This document shows positions 1-10,049 of a DNA stretch of 64,000 nt, one piece after another (the stretch's first letter is position 1; each line of letters begins with the position of its first letter). The DNA is taken from positions 37,031-101,030 of the forward strand of contig JAILJC010000180.1 in assembly GCA_024694965.1 (NCBI GenBank), written 5' to 3'. The DNA comes from Lachnospiraceae bacterium (lineage in GTDB: Bacteria > Bacillota > Clostridia > Lachnospirales > Lachnospiraceae). The notes under the pieces were generated by a model. It was not told the DNA's origin. It did not search any database and was given only the letters and a program-made list of their open reading frames with translations. The position numbers and the translations under genes were made by a program.

Positions 1-1
1 T

Positions 2-442
2 CTGCTTAAACGGGACGAAAGGATTGTTGCCGCGGGCGCGGTATGGAATCGGAGTAAAGTCAAGCAGTATGTACTGAAAAAATGCACAGGGATCTATTCA
101 TTCCTGCGAAGGCTTAATCCGCTTATTTCAAAGCTTGGGTATATTACCTTCCCACAGGATAATGAGGAGGCTGACTTTGCTTTTATATCATTTTTGCTTG
201 CCCAAAACGATGAAGCGGATCTGTACCGGTATTTTCTGAGCCGTCTTTGCGATGCCGCGGCAGACCGTTCCATGCTGGTAATCGGCACCGATCTTAACAA
301 TGCAAAACACAGGGTGCTAAAAAGCATACGATCCGTGTCATTTGACAGTGAGCTTAATGAGATAATAATGACAAATATAGACGGCCGTGAGCCTGAGCGG
401 TTTGACGGCGGTAACATTGAACTTGAATGCGCGCTTCTGTAG
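2..442 (+). CDS. 3' end of a gene that starts upstream of the window; hypothetical protein
   Basis: The frame is open from base 2 with no stop until TAG at 440-442. The tracked ORF 194-442 is only its internal-Met tail. I recognise no family motif. Confidence 0.5.
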   Translation: MLKRDERIVAAGAVWNRSKVKQYVLKKCTGIYSFLRRLNPLISKLGYITFPQDNEEADFAFISFLLAQNDEADLYRYFLSRLCDAAADRSMLVIGTDLNNAKHRVLKSIRSVSFDSELNEIIMTNIDGREPERFDGGNIELECALL

Positions 443-475
443 GATGTGTGTATAAGCAAAGAGGTGAGAAAGATC

Positions 476-1585
476 ATGGGAAACATAACCGATTACGTAA
501 CCGAATACGGGGACAGGACAATAGAGGAGCTTCCGTTTAATGAGGTTGATTCTCTTGTGTTATCCCAGTTTGCCTATCTTAAGTTCGACAAACCACTTGA
601 AGCGGCCGGGCATACCCTGACGATAGGCGAACTTAAGGAAAGTCCCGAATACGAGCAGCTGTTTGCGGACGCAAGGTTTGAGAAGGTGAACCGCGGCCTG
701 CTTGAAGCCATGATGGCAAGCAGGCGGTTTTCTAATGTCAAGCTGTTTGAATACGTTAACATGGTGGATGCCCAGTGGGAGATCCAGTTTTCGGCGATCA
801 CCTGTATGTTCGAAACGGGATTCATATATGTTGCCTACAGGGGTACCGACGAAACGCTGACGGGCTGGAAGGAGGACTTTAACATGGCGTTCATTACGCC
901 GATCCCGGCCCAGACCAAGGCAGTCCAGTACCTTAACCGAGTTGTGTCCGAAGTACGGAGCGAAGTCACTGTGGGCGGACATTCAAAGGGCGGTAACCTG
1001 GCTGTTTATGCGGCGATGAAGTGTAAGCCGGATGTTCGTGAAAAGGTACGGCTCATTTATTCTCATGACGGACCGGGCTTCGCCGAGGGTGTTCTTGACA
1101 GCGAGGATTTTATGGCGATAAAAGACCGTATAAAAAAGAGTGTACCCAGGTCATCGGTAGTCGGAATGGTATTGCAGACACAGGAAAACTACGAGGTCAT
1201 AAGGTGCAGGCATTTCGGATTATTACAGCATGATCCGTTCAACTGGATAGTGGAAGGAGACGGGTTTAAGAAAGCCGACAACCTGCACACTCATATTTAT
1301 GTGGGAGACGCATCCGTTAACAGATGGGTCAGCAATATGGATTACGAGAAGAGGCAGGAGTTTGTGGAACTGCTTTTTGAGATAGTCAGCGGGTCGGGAG
1401 CTTCGGATCTTAATGATTTTGTGGCAGATCCCTTAAGGATGGGCAGGGGAATGCTTAATGCGATAGAAACGATGGACGGAGAGGATAAGCGCATACTTCT
1501 TGGGATAATCAAAGAGATGTCGACGGCCGTAAACGCAACGATAAAGGAATTCCTTGCGGAACGCATGTCCGATATGATCACATAA
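476..1585 (+). CDS. DUF2974 / Mbeg1-like alpha/beta hydrolase (lipase-like)
   Basis: Nucleophile elbow GGHSKGGNLAVYAA (G-H-S-K-G) and downstream HDGPGF. Start moved to ATG 476, which follows GAGGTGAG. Paralog of the hydrolase at 56040-57356. Confidence 0.75.
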   Translation: MGNITDYVTEYGDRTIEELPFNEVDSLVLSQFAYLKFDKPLEAAGHTLTIGELKESPEYEQLFADARFEKVNRGLLEAMMASRRFSNVKLFEYVNMVDAQWEIQFSAITCMFETGFIYVAYRGTDETLTGWKEDFNMAFITPIPAQTKAVQYLNRVVSEVRSEVTVGGHSKGGNLAVYAAMKCKPDVREKVRLIYSHDGPGFAEGVLDSEDFMAIKDRIKKSVPRSSVVGMVLQTQENYEVIRCRHFGLLQHDPFNWIVEGDGFKKADNLHTHIYVGDASVNRWVSNMDYEKRQEFVELLFEIVSGSGASDLNDFVADPLRMGRGMLNAIETMDGEDKRILLGIIKEMSTAVNATIKEFLAERMSDMIT

Positions 1586-1661
1586 ACATTGTATTATTCT
1601 TAAATGAACGGTATAATCATATAAGTTTAATTTTATTCAATAAGAAAAGAGGGATGAGATT

Positions 1662-2513
1662 ATGAGGAGTTTATCGAAAAAGAGAGTTTTGGGGATTGTT
1701 TTAAGCGCTGCGCTTTTATCATGTATGCTTTTCGGATGTGCATCGGGAAGTTCATCGGTGGTAGGCGGCGGTAACGATAAGGTGATCAAGATAGCGGCTT
1801 CGCCCGTACCTCATGCCGAGATACTTGCAGAAGCGGCCAAGATACTTGACGGTTACGGATATAAGCTTGAGGTTACCGAGTTTGAGGATTACGTACAGCC
1901 CAATCTTGTCGTTGAATCGGGTGAATTCGACGCCAACTACATGGAGCACGTTCCTTATCTTAACAGCTTCAACGAGGAACAGGGCACGCATCTGGTAGAT
2001 GCCGGCGATATCCATTACGAGCCGTTCGGAATTTATCCCGGAACAAAGAAGACGCTTAATGAGATCGCTACGGGTGATACGATAGCCATTCCCAACGATA
2101 CGACAAACGAAGCAAGGGCACTCCTTCTGTTACAGGATAACGGACTGCTCAAATTAAAGGATGGCGCGGGACTTACCGCTACCGTAAATGATATTACCGA
2201 AAATCCTAATGATATTAAGTTCGTTGAACTCGAGGCGGCTCAGGTTGCCAGGGTTGTCAATGAAGTTTCATATGTCGTGCTCAACGGTAATTACGCTCTT
2301 GAGGCGGGTTATTCCGTAGGCCATGACTCTATAGCATATGAGGCAACGGATTCTGTAGCGGCCCAGACCTATGTAAATATCATAGCCGTTCGTGAAGGAC
2401 ATGAGAACGACGAGAAGATAAAGGCACTTGTTAAGGCGCTCAAGTCTGAAGATATCAAGAAGTTTATCGAGGAGAAATACGACGGCGCGGTAGTATTCTA
2501 CGAAGGCAAATAA
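1662..2513 (+). CDS. metQ: Methionine ABC transporter substrate-binding lipoprotein (MetQ/NlpA family)
   Basis: Signal peptide with lipobox LFGC. NlpA-family sequence. Directly followed by metN and metI. Confidence 0.88.
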   Translation: MRSLSKKRVLGIVLSAALLSCMLFGCASGSSSVVGGGNDKVIKIAASPVPHAEILAEAAKILDGYGYKLEVTEFEDYVQPNLVVESGEFDANYMEHVPYLNSFNEEQGTHLVDAGDIHYEPFGIYPGTKKTLNEIATGDTIAIPNDTTNEARALLLLQDNGLLKLKDGAGLTATVNDITENPNDIKFVELEAAQVARVVNEVSYVVLNGNYALEAGYSVGHDSIAYEATDSVAAQTYVNIIAVREGHENDEKIKALVKALKSEDIKKFIEEKYDGAVVFYEGK

Positions 2514-2537
2514 TACCGGTGTTTCGGGAGAGCTTAG

Positions 2538-3551
2538 ATGAGTGAGATAGAGATCAAAAATCTTACCAAAAGGTTTGAGGCCGGCGGGCATGAGATCGTT
2601 GCCTTAAATGATGTGAGCCTTAACATAAAGAAGGGTGAGATATACGGTATCATAGGCATGTCGGGGGCCGGAAAGAGCACGCTGGTGCGCTCGATCAACT
2701 ACCTTGAAGTGCCGGATGAAGGCCATGTACTGATAGACGGTGTCGATCTTTCGGGACTGTCCGATAAGGAGTTAAGGATAAAGCGGAGGGATATCGGCAT
2801 GATATTCCAGGGCTTTAACCTGCTTGAACAGCGGAATGTGATCGACAATGTCTGCTTTCCTCTGGAAATATCGGGCATGAAGAGAGGCAAGGCACGCGTA
2901 AAGGCCAGGGAACTGCTTGAAACGGTAAATCTGGCGGATAAGGAAAAGTCATATCCTTCGCAGCTTTCGGGTGGTCAGAAGCAGCGTGTGGCGATAGCCA
3001 GGGCACTTGCGACAAATCCCGGTATTCTGCTGTGTGACGAGGCCACGAGTGCACTCGATCCGCAGACGACCGAGTCCATCCTTTCGCTGCTTAAGGAGAT
3101 AAACGAAAAGCTTAACATCACGATCGTGGTTATAACGCATCAGATGTCTGTCATAACCGATATCTGTACCAAAGTTGCTATAATCGAGAACGGACGCCTT
3201 GTGGAGGAGGGACTTGTCGAGGAAATATTTGCTTCTCCGAAGACGGATGTTGCAAGGGACCTCATAGCAAACCGAAAGAGCGGTTATTCGCCGGTGGAAA
3301 GCCTTAAGTCGGAAAGGGTAGTAAGGATCGTTTTCAGCGAGAATTCGGCATTTGAGCCTGTAATATCCAACCTGATCCTTAAGTATAATGTACCGGTAAA
3401 TATCCTGGGAGCCGACACGAGCAATGTGGGCGGCAAAGCCAAGGGTGAAATGCTTTTGGGGCTTCCGGAGGATGAAGACATACAGAGGAGCATGATCAAT
3501 TATCTTAAAGAGAGAGGACTTACGGTTACGGAGGTGAGGGAAGGTGCTTGA
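2538..3551 (+). CDS. metN: Methionine ABC transporter ATP-binding protein
   Basis: Walker A GMSGAGKST, signature LSGGQKQR, Walker B LLCDEATSALD, and a C-terminal NIL-type regulatory domain. Confidence 0.92.
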   Translation: MSEIEIKNLTKRFEAGGHEIVALNDVSLNIKKGEIYGIIGMSGAGKSTLVRSINYLEVPDEGHVLIDGVDLSGLSDKELRIKRRDIGMIFQGFNLLEQRNVIDNVCFPLEISGMKRGKARVKARELLETVNLADKEKSYPSQLSGGQKQRVAIARALATNPGILLCDEATSALDPQTTESILSLLKEINEKLNITIVVITHQMSVITDICTKVAIIENGRLVEEGLVEEIFASPKTDVARDLIANRKSGYSPVESLKSERVVRIVFSENSAFEPVISNLILKYNVPVNILGADTSNVGGKAKGEMLLGLPEDEDIQRSMINYLKERGLTVTEVREGA

Positions 3552-4206
3552 TCCTATGATAGTAAAGATGCTTTTGGAAGGCATCAGGGATACGCTGTAT
3601 ATGACTCTTGTTTCCGCGCTGATGGGGTATGCCGTCGGGCTTCCGATGGGTATAGTCCTTACCGTAACAAGGGCGGGCGGCCTTAAGCCCAACCGCATAA
3701 TATACAGGATACTTGATATATTCTGCAACATTGTAAGGAGCATACCGTTCCTTATCCTTCTGATACTGCTCATTCCCTTTACAAGGGCGCTTGTGGGACA
3801 GAGCTACGGTTCGACGGCAACGATAGTGCCTCTTGTTGTGTGCGCGGCGCCGTATATCGCAAGGATGGTTGAGTCGGCTCTTAACGAAGTGGATGCAGGT
3901 GTCATAGAAGCGGCACGGGCGATGGGGGCGAGCAATATGCAGATAATCACAAGGGTGCTGCTTACGGAAGCCAAAACATCGCTTATTACGGGTGCAACGA
4001 TCACGACAGGCGTTCTGCTCGGATATTCAGCTATGTCCGGAACCGTGGGAGGCGGCGGACTGGGTGATATAGCCGTACGATACGGTTATTACAGATGGCA
4101 GACGGATATAATGATCGTAACCGTAGCACTGCTGATCATCATTTTCCAGATAATCCAGAACCTGGGTATGAAGATCGCATCCGGTGTCGATCACAGGAAG
4201 AAGTAG
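3544..4206 (+). CDS. metI: Methionine ABC transporter permease
   Basis: Polytopic membrane protein in an 8-nt overlap with metN. GTG start at 3544, with an alternative ATG at 3556. Confidence 0.88.
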   Translation: MLDPMIVKMLLEGIRDTLYMTLVSALMGYAVGLPMGIVLTVTRAGGLKPNRIIYRILDIFCNIVRSIPFLILLILLIPFTRALVGQSYGSTATIVPLVVCAAPYIARMVESALNEVDAGVIEAARAMGASNMQIITRVLLTEAKTSLITGATITTGVLLGYSAMSGTVGGGGLGDIAVRYGYYRWQTDIMIVTVALLIIIFQIIQNLGMKIASGVDHRKK

Positions 4207-4215
4207 GATTTACAT

Positions 4216-5070
4216 ATGGCCGAAGGCAAAAAGAGGGTTATCATTCTTGATGAAAAGAAAGCCGACGGAAGCCGGGTAAGCCCGGATGAAGCAAAGGAGC
4301 TTCAAAGGGAGCTTGACAGTTATGTATCCTCTGACGATGACGACGATGAAGAACTGTTTACGGAAGAACCTGCGCAGAGAGTACATATAAAGGTAAGAAG
4401 GCATAAGAAGAAAAATCCCGGTTTGAGGAGGAGGATGCTCTTTCTTGCGGTATCGCTTCTTATCCTGTGCACAGTCATAGCCGCAGCAGTATCCGGGGTT
4501 TCAAACAATTATAGGAAGCCGGTTTACGTATATGAGGAGTATCTGAATAAAGGAGGCTATTCGAGCGAAGAAGCGGCGGAGGCCTACGGGAACGGTCTGG
4601 CCGGGCGAAAGCTCAAAAAGCTCAGGAAACTCCTGCATTCCTATGATTCTTATATGGATGCGTTTTATGCATCGATCGATGAGAGCCGGGCACTGTATGA
4701 TGAAAATCGCATAAAATACGGAGATGATTTTAAGTATTCGATAAAGATAAATGAAGCGGAGCCGATAAGCAGCGCGCAGTGCAATGCCTATACGTCCGAT
4801 TTTACAGGGATCATTGAGGATATCGGTGGTTCCGGGCTCGCCCGTATGGGTAATGCGGAGCTTAATGCGGCACTTGCCGACTTAACGGCATCGCTTGATG
4901 GTGCAAGGGTTACCCGGGGTTACAGGCTTTACTGCACCATGAGTGTTAGCGGCAGTACGACGGACGGACCGGTAAGCGAGATAACATCCTGTGAATTTAC
5001 GGTTGTAAAGCTTAAAGGAAGATGGATAATGTGGGACAGCATCTATGATATATTCAAGCTGTCATACTGA
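4216..5070 (+). CDS. Hypothetical single-pass membrane protein with an acidic N-terminus
   Basis: Poly-Asp run, basic stretch RRHKKKNPGLRRR, then one TM helix (MLFLAVSLLILCTVIAAAV) and a roughly 190-aa C-terminal domain with no recognised motif. Confidence 0.55.
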   Translation: MAEGKKRVIILDEKKADGSRVSPDEAKELQRELDSYVSSDDDDDEELFTEEPAQRVHIKVRRHKKKNPGLRRRMLFLAVSLLILCTVIAAAVSGVSNNYRKPVYVYEEYLNKGGYSSEEAAEAYGNGLAGRKLKKLRKLLHSYDSYMDAFYASIDESRALYDENRIKYGDDFKYSIKINEAEPISSAQCNAYTSDFTGIIEDIGGSGLARMGNAELNAALADLTASLDGARVTRGYRLYCTMSVSGSTTDGPVSEITSCEFTVVKLKGRWIMWDSIYDIFKLSY

Positions 5071-5103
5071 TTCCCGGCTGAACCGTAGTGAAAGGGACAA
5101 CAC

Positions 5104-6990
5104 ATGAATATTGCGGTCCAGGTCTGCGGACTCATAAACACAATAGTGCTCCTTATATTTTATAAGAGCGCCCGGCGCTTAGAGCTGTATAAGCGCAGGA
5201 TATTCTATTATATCCTTATCATAACGGTTATAGACATAATCACAGACATTCTTTCTGTATTTGCCATTCATTTTCGCGGTAATCTTTCCCCGGTTCTGGT
5301 CGAGATATCATGCAAGCTTTATCTGTGTATGCTTATAGTGCAGGTCTGGTCAGCGCTTATCTATACGATTTCCGATATAATGCCCAAACAGAAACATATC
5401 ATGGTGAGCAGCGTGCTTGCTATCCTGGCTATAATAGAATGCTTTTTGGTAGCAAAGTACCCGATCTATATATTTGAAAACGACGGTACGGTGTTTACAT
5501 ACGGACCCTGCGTGAAGCTGTTGTATTTCTTCGGGGTGGTAAATCTGTGTGCCATCTGGATAACCACTTTCGTATTTGATAAAAGGATACTTTCAAGGCG
5601 TAAATATGCCGTACGCCTGTGGATGGGTATCTGGCTTGCCGGAATGGCGATCCAGGCCATAAACAATGCTCTGCTTGTCGCAGGCTTTGCGGCTTCGCTT
5701 GGGATGATGGTGGTTTATTTCCTGCTTGAAAATCCCGAAGGGAATATTGACAAACAGTATAACTGTTTAAATTCCATAGCCCTTTCGGAGTATGCGGGAG
5801 AATGCATATTGAATGAGGATCCCTTCGTTCTGTGCAATATTTCCATGGATGATTCAATGGTGCATAAAGGCCGTAACGATGACACCGAGAAAAGGCAGCG
5901 GGAGCTTATTACATATCTTAATACATTTAATGGTATCAACGTATTTAAGAACTTTGACAAAAACATCATCATTACATCCGGTGGCAGGGATAAGGTAATG
6001 GAGGCTGTTGAAGGCTTCAGAAAGCGGTATATGATCTCCGATCCCGGCCTTGCCGATTCAAAGGTGATACTTCTTGAGGATGCCCACAGCTTTACTTCAC
6101 TTGAAGAGATACTGAGGCTTATAGACTATATGAAGAGCCGGAGAAACGAGGATGATGAAAGCATTGTTACGGTTACGGAAAAGAATGTCGAGGACTATGA
6201 ACACCGTGACATGATGAGGGACGAGATAAGGCGTGCACTGCATGATGACAGGGTGGAAGTCTTCTTACAGCCCATATACAGTACCGAAAGTAAGCGCTTT
6301 ACTTCGGCTGAGGCTCTGGTGCGAATACGAAATAAGGACGGCGGCCTTATTTCTCCGGGGCTTTTCATCCCGGTAGCCGAAGAGACCGGACAGATAAATG
6401 AACTCGGGCGGCGTGTGCTTGAGAAGACCTGCGAATTCATGGCTGGAAGCGAAGCAGAATCACTCGGGCTTGAGTATATCGAGGTCAACCTGTCTGTCGT
6501 ACAGGCCGAGCGTATGACTCTGTTTGAAGAGATCATGGAAACCGTTAAAAAGTACAGGGTTGAGCCCGGCAGGATCAACTTGGAGATCACGGAGAGCGCA
6601 CTTATCCAGGCCAAGGATGCGGTACTTAACAACATGAACAGGTTAAAGGATGTAGGGTTTACGTTTGCCCTTGATGATTTCGGTAAGGGAGAGTCAAACC
6701 TTATGTATCTTGTCGAAATGCCGTTTGACATCCTTAAGCTGGATATGGATATGACAAAGGCTTTTCATGTTAACGACAAGGCAAAGAGTGCGGTAAGGAC
6801 AGTAAGGTATATGGCCGACGATATGAAGCTTAAGGTTGTGGCCGAGGGTATTGAAACCAGGGAAGAACTGGATGCGTTTGTGGAGTACGATATCGACTAT
6901 ATCCAGGGCTACCACTTTTCAAAGCCTCTGCCGATGCCCGATTTTGTCAGATTCATAAAGAAAAGCAACGAAGGATCAAGGACTGCATAA
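5104..6990 (+). CDS. Membrane-bound EAL-domain protein (putative c-di-GMP phosphodiesterase)
   Basis: N-terminal polytopic membrane region. C-terminal EAL domain with SAEALVRIR, EITES and DDFG motifs. No GGDEF motif seen. Confidence 0.82.
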   Translation: MNIAVQVCGLINTIVLLIFYKSARRLELYKRRIFYYILIITVIDIITDILSVFAIHFRGNLSPVLVEISCKLYLCMLIVQVWSALIYTISDIMPKQKHIMVSSVLAILAIIECFLVAKYPIYIFENDGTVFTYGPCVKLLYFFGVVNLCAIWITTFVFDKRILSRRKYAVRLWMGIWLAGMAIQAINNALLVAGFAASLGMMVVYFLLENPEGNIDKQYNCLNSIALSEYAGECILNEDPFVLCNISMDDSMVHKGRNDDTEKRQRELITYLNTFNGINVFKNFDKNIIITSGGRDKVMEAVEGFRKRYMISDPGLADSKVILLEDAHSFTSLEEILRLIDYMKSRRNEDDESIVTVTEKNVEDYEHRDMMRDEIRRALHDDRVEVFLQPIYSTESKRFTSAEALVRIRNKDGGLISPGLFIPVAEETGQINELGRRVLEKTCEFMAGSEAESLGLEYIEVNLSVVQAERMTLFEEIMETVKKYRVEPGRINLEITESALIQAKDAVLNNMNRLKDVGFTFALDDFGKGESNLMYLVEMPFDILKLDMDMTKAFHVNDKAKSAVRTVRYMADDMKLKVVAEGIETREELDAFVEYDIDYIQGYHFSKPLPMPDFVRFIKKSNEGSRTA

Positions 6991-7009
6991 TAAAAATCAG
7001 GGGACTAAT

Positions 7010-8473
7010 ATGGACGGAACAAAGACGATAATAAGGCTCGACGGAGTAAGAAAATCATATGACGGAAAGGTAAATGTCATAGAAGATCTAAGCCTGGATA
7101 TTAACGAAGGGGAATTCGTGACCCTGCTCGGCCCGTCAGGCTGCGGAAAAACAACAATACTGAGGATGATAGGCGGATTTGACAAGCCTACGGAGGGCAG
7201 GATACTGCTTGATGATAAGGATATATCATTACTGCCGCCCAATGAGCGGCCTGTAAATACGGTATTCCAGAAGTATGCCCTGTTTCCGCATTTAAATGTT
7301 TATGACAATATAGCTTTCGGGCTTAAACTGCTTAAGAAACCGAAGGATGAAATAGATTCAAAGGTAAAGAAGGTGCTGGAGCTCGTAGACCTTGAAGGAT
7401 TTGAGAAGAGGAGTGTATCAACCTTATCGGGTGGGCAGCAGCAGCGTATCGCGATAGCCAGGGCCGTTGTCAACGAGCCCAGGGTCCTGCTGCTAGATGA
7501 ATGCTTAAGCGCTCTTGATTACAAAATGCGTAAGGAAATGCAGCTTGAGCTTAAGAGCATGCACAAACGCCTTGGGATCACTTTCATTTTCGTTACCCAT
7601 GACCAGGAGGAGGCTCTTACCATGTCCGACAAGATAGTGGTACTGGCTGACGGAAAGGTCCAGCAGACAGGCACTCCCGAGGAGATATACAACGAGCCCG
7701 CAAATGTGTTTGTGGCCGACTTTATAGGAGAGAGTAACATATTCAACGGCGTTATGAGCGGACGGAAGCGGGCTTCCTTTGCCGGTACGGAGTTTGAATG
7801 TGTGGATGATTATGAGCCGGGTAAGAAGATAGAAGCGGTCATCCGTCCCGAGGATGTTACCGTTGTGGCAGCAGGCAAGGGGCAGCTTACGGGTGAGGTG
7901 ACTAGTGCCGATTTTAAGGGAACGTTCTATATCACCTTTGTTCAGTGCGGCCAGTATGAAATGGAGGTGCACTGTCTTGAGCACTACAGCCCGGGATCCA
8001 CGGTGGGTCTTACCGTGCTTCCGGATAACATCCATATCATACCTTACGATATGACTATCAATAATTTCTATGGAATAATAGACGGATTTGTAGACGGCAA
8101 GGGCCTGTATCTCGTTTTCAAAGACTTTTCAATGTTTGTGGATCAGCACAGGCTCTATCCGGAATCTAGGGTTTCAAAGGGCCGGCTCCTTGATGAAAAC
8201 GGGGAACATATAGACTATCAGGGCCGGGAGGTTGTGGCCTTCTATCAGCCTGAGGATGGTGATATGTCGGATGACGCCAAGGAAGGGGATGTTGTCGGAA
8301 AGATAGTTTCCTTCTACTATATAGGCGATCATTACAGCTACACCATAAGGACGGAAAACGAGATAGATTACGTTGTGGATGATGAGGATCTGTGGAACCA
8401 GGACGATAAGGTCAGTGTTATCCTGCCAAAGGATAAGATGAAATTCAGGTTAAAACAGGAGGCTTCGGATTGA
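7010..8473 (+). CDS. potA: Spermidine/putrescine ABC transporter ATP-binding protein with a C-terminal extension
   Basis: Walker A GPSGCGKTT, signature LSGGQQQR, Walker B LLLDECLSALD. First gene of a potABCD-type operon. Confidence 0.88.
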   Translation: MDGTKTIIRLDGVRKSYDGKVNVIEDLSLDINEGEFVTLLGPSGCGKTTILRMIGGFDKPTEGRILLDDKDISLLPPNERPVNTVFQKYALFPHLNVYDNIAFGLKLLKKPKDEIDSKVKKVLELVDLEGFEKRSVSTLSGGQQQRIAIARAVVNEPRVLLLDECLSALDYKMRKEMQLELKSMHKRLGITFIFVTHDQEEALTMSDKIVVLADGKVQQTGTPEEIYNEPANVFVADFIGESNIFNGVMSGRKRASFAGTEFECVDDYEPGKKIEAVIRPEDVTVVAAGKGQLTGEVTSADFKGTFYITFVQCGQYEMEVHCLEHYSPGSTVGLTVLPDNIHIIPYDMTINNFYGIIDGFVDGKGLYLVFKDFSMFVDQHRLYPESRVSKGRLLDENGEHIDYQGREVVAFYQPEDGDMSDDAKEGDVVGKIVSFYYIGDHYSYTIRTENEIDYVVDDEDLWNQDDKVSVILPKDKMKFRLKQEASD

Positions 8474-9255
8474 AAACATCGTTCTTTGACAGGAGGCAGC
8501 TTGCCATCCCTTATTTCATATATCTTGTGCTGTTTGTCGTCATGCCGCTGCTTGTCGTGCTCTATTACGGGGTTACCGACGGCGAAGGGCATCTGTCGTT
8601 TTACAATTTCACGGCATTTTTCACCAACAGCAAGACAATGGGTACGCTTGTTTACTCGCTGATAATCGCGGTTACGGTCACGCTCATATGTCTGGTGCTG
8701 GCATACCCTGTAGCATATATACTGGCGAAGGGGCAGTATGCCAGGAAGCATTCATTTCTTATGGTTTTTGTGCTTCCCATGTGGATCAACTTTACTTTAA
8801 GGATCACCGCGCTTAAGGAGATACTTACCCTGCTTGAGGGAAACCTTGCCTATCATCCGTTTATGAATACGGTTATCTGCATGGTTTATGATTTTCTTCC
8901 GTTCATGGTGATGCCGCTTTTTAATGCTCTTACAAAGCTTGATAAGTCGATGATAGAGGCCGGACATGATCTTGGAGCAACTTTCTGGCAGGTTCTTTTA
9001 AGAGTCATACTCCCGCTTTCGATACCGGGCATTATAAGCGGTGTGACAATGGTATTCCTGCCGGCCATGACAAATTATGTGGTGCTTGATATGGTGTATA
9101 ACAGCACTTACATAATGGGAAGCCTTATCGGAAGCTATTTTAATTCATATGACTGGAACAACGGATCTATCATTTCGGCGATACTGCTGATGCTCATAGG
9201 TTTCTTTACCATATTTACGGACAAGATCATTTCGGGGAAGGAGGATAAGGCATGA
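8470..9255 (+). CDS. potB: Spermidine/putrescine ABC transporter permease
   Basis: Six-TM binding-protein-dependent permease. TTG start overlaps the potA stop. Confidence 0.85.
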   Translation: MKTSFFDRRQLAIPYFIYLVLFVVMPLLVVLYYGVTDGEGHLSFYNFTAFFTNSKTMGTLVYSLIIAVTVTLICLVLAYPVAYILAKGQYARKHSFLMVFVLPMWINFTLRITALKEILTLLEGNLAYHPFMNTVICMVYDFLPFMVMPLFNALTKLDKSMIEAGHDLGATFWQVLLRVILPLSIPGIISGVTMVFLPAMTNYVVLDMVYNSTYIMGSLIGSYFNSYDWNNGSIISAILLMLIGFFTIFTDKIISGKEDKA

Positions 9256-10049
9256 AGAGATACGGACAGCATATCATAATCTGGTTCGTACTTGCTTTTT
9301 TATATCTGCCGATCCTCATCCTTTCGTTTTACAGCTTCACGGAATCGGCAATGATAGGTTCGGTGCGGGGCTTTTCTTTGCAGAATTATGTAACCCTGTT
9401 TACCGAGCCCGAGTTAAGGGCCATGATGTTCGGAACGCTTTCACTTGCAGTGATAGTTGCGGGTATTTCCGTTCTGCTTGGTACTGCCGGAGCGGTGGGA
9501 GCGTTTTATTCAAAAAAGGGAATACGGCGTACGATAGAGATATTCAATGAGGTGCCTGTTGTCAATGCGGACGTGGTGACAGGTTTTTCGATTTGCATAT
9601 TCATGATAGTACTTCTGCACTTGGATAAGGACACATATATACCTCTTGTGATAGCCCAGACGGCTTTGTGCACCCCGTTTGTGTATCTTTCCGTAATGCC
9701 CAGGCTTAAGATGATGGACAATTCGCTTTATGAAGCGGCACTTGACCTTGGATGCGATCCGATGCTGGCGCTTAAGAAGGTTGTGATCCCGCAGATAAGG
9801 CCCGGGATCGTATCGGGTTTCATGACGGCCGTGACTCTGTCCCTTGATGATTACTTTATCGCAACATATACAAAACCGGCAACTTTTGATACGATCAGTA
9901 CCTATGTCGTTAATGCGACCAGGGGTGCCCAGACAAACATAAAGACGGCATTATGGGCGCTTTCGGCGGTTATGTTTGTTGTTGTAATAGCTGTTGTTGC
10001 CGTTGCTAACATAAAGGCGGGAAAAGGAGAGGAGGATGTTAGGGTATGA
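9252..10049 (+). CDS. potC: Spermidine/putrescine ABC transporter permease
   Basis: Polytopic permease with a 4-nt overlap to potB. Confidence 0.85.
   Translation: MKRYGQHIIIWFVLAFLYLPILILSFYSFTESAMIGSVRGFSLQNYVTLFTEPELRAMMFGTLSLAVIVAGISVLLGTAGAVGAFYSKKGIRRTIEIFNEVPVVNADVVTGFSICIFMIVLLHLDKDTYIPLVIAQTALCTPFVYLSVMPRLKMMDNSLYEAALDLGCDPMLALKKVVIPQIRPGIVSGFMTAVTLSLDDYFIATYTKPATFDTISTYVVNATRGAQTNIKTALWALSAVMFVVVIAVVAVANIKAGKGEEDVRV

Noticed and set aside
1586-1661. Looked for a SAM riboswitch/S-box before metQ, and for a T-box leader before cysE/cysS (44150-44152, 44825-44827)
   Set aside because: The intergenic spaces (76 nt, 3 nt, 3 nt) are too short and contain no conserved leader elements.
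2949-3773. 274-aa minus-strand ORF across metN/metI. Similar cases are 18433-19239 (268 aa, opposite upp), 28341-29108 (255 aa, opposite ribE), 40789-41328 (opposite rny) and 55089-55688 (opposite the vWA-FHA gene).
   Set aside because: Each is fully embedded antisense to a gene with strong family motifs. Their translations have no recognisable motifs and show biased composition.
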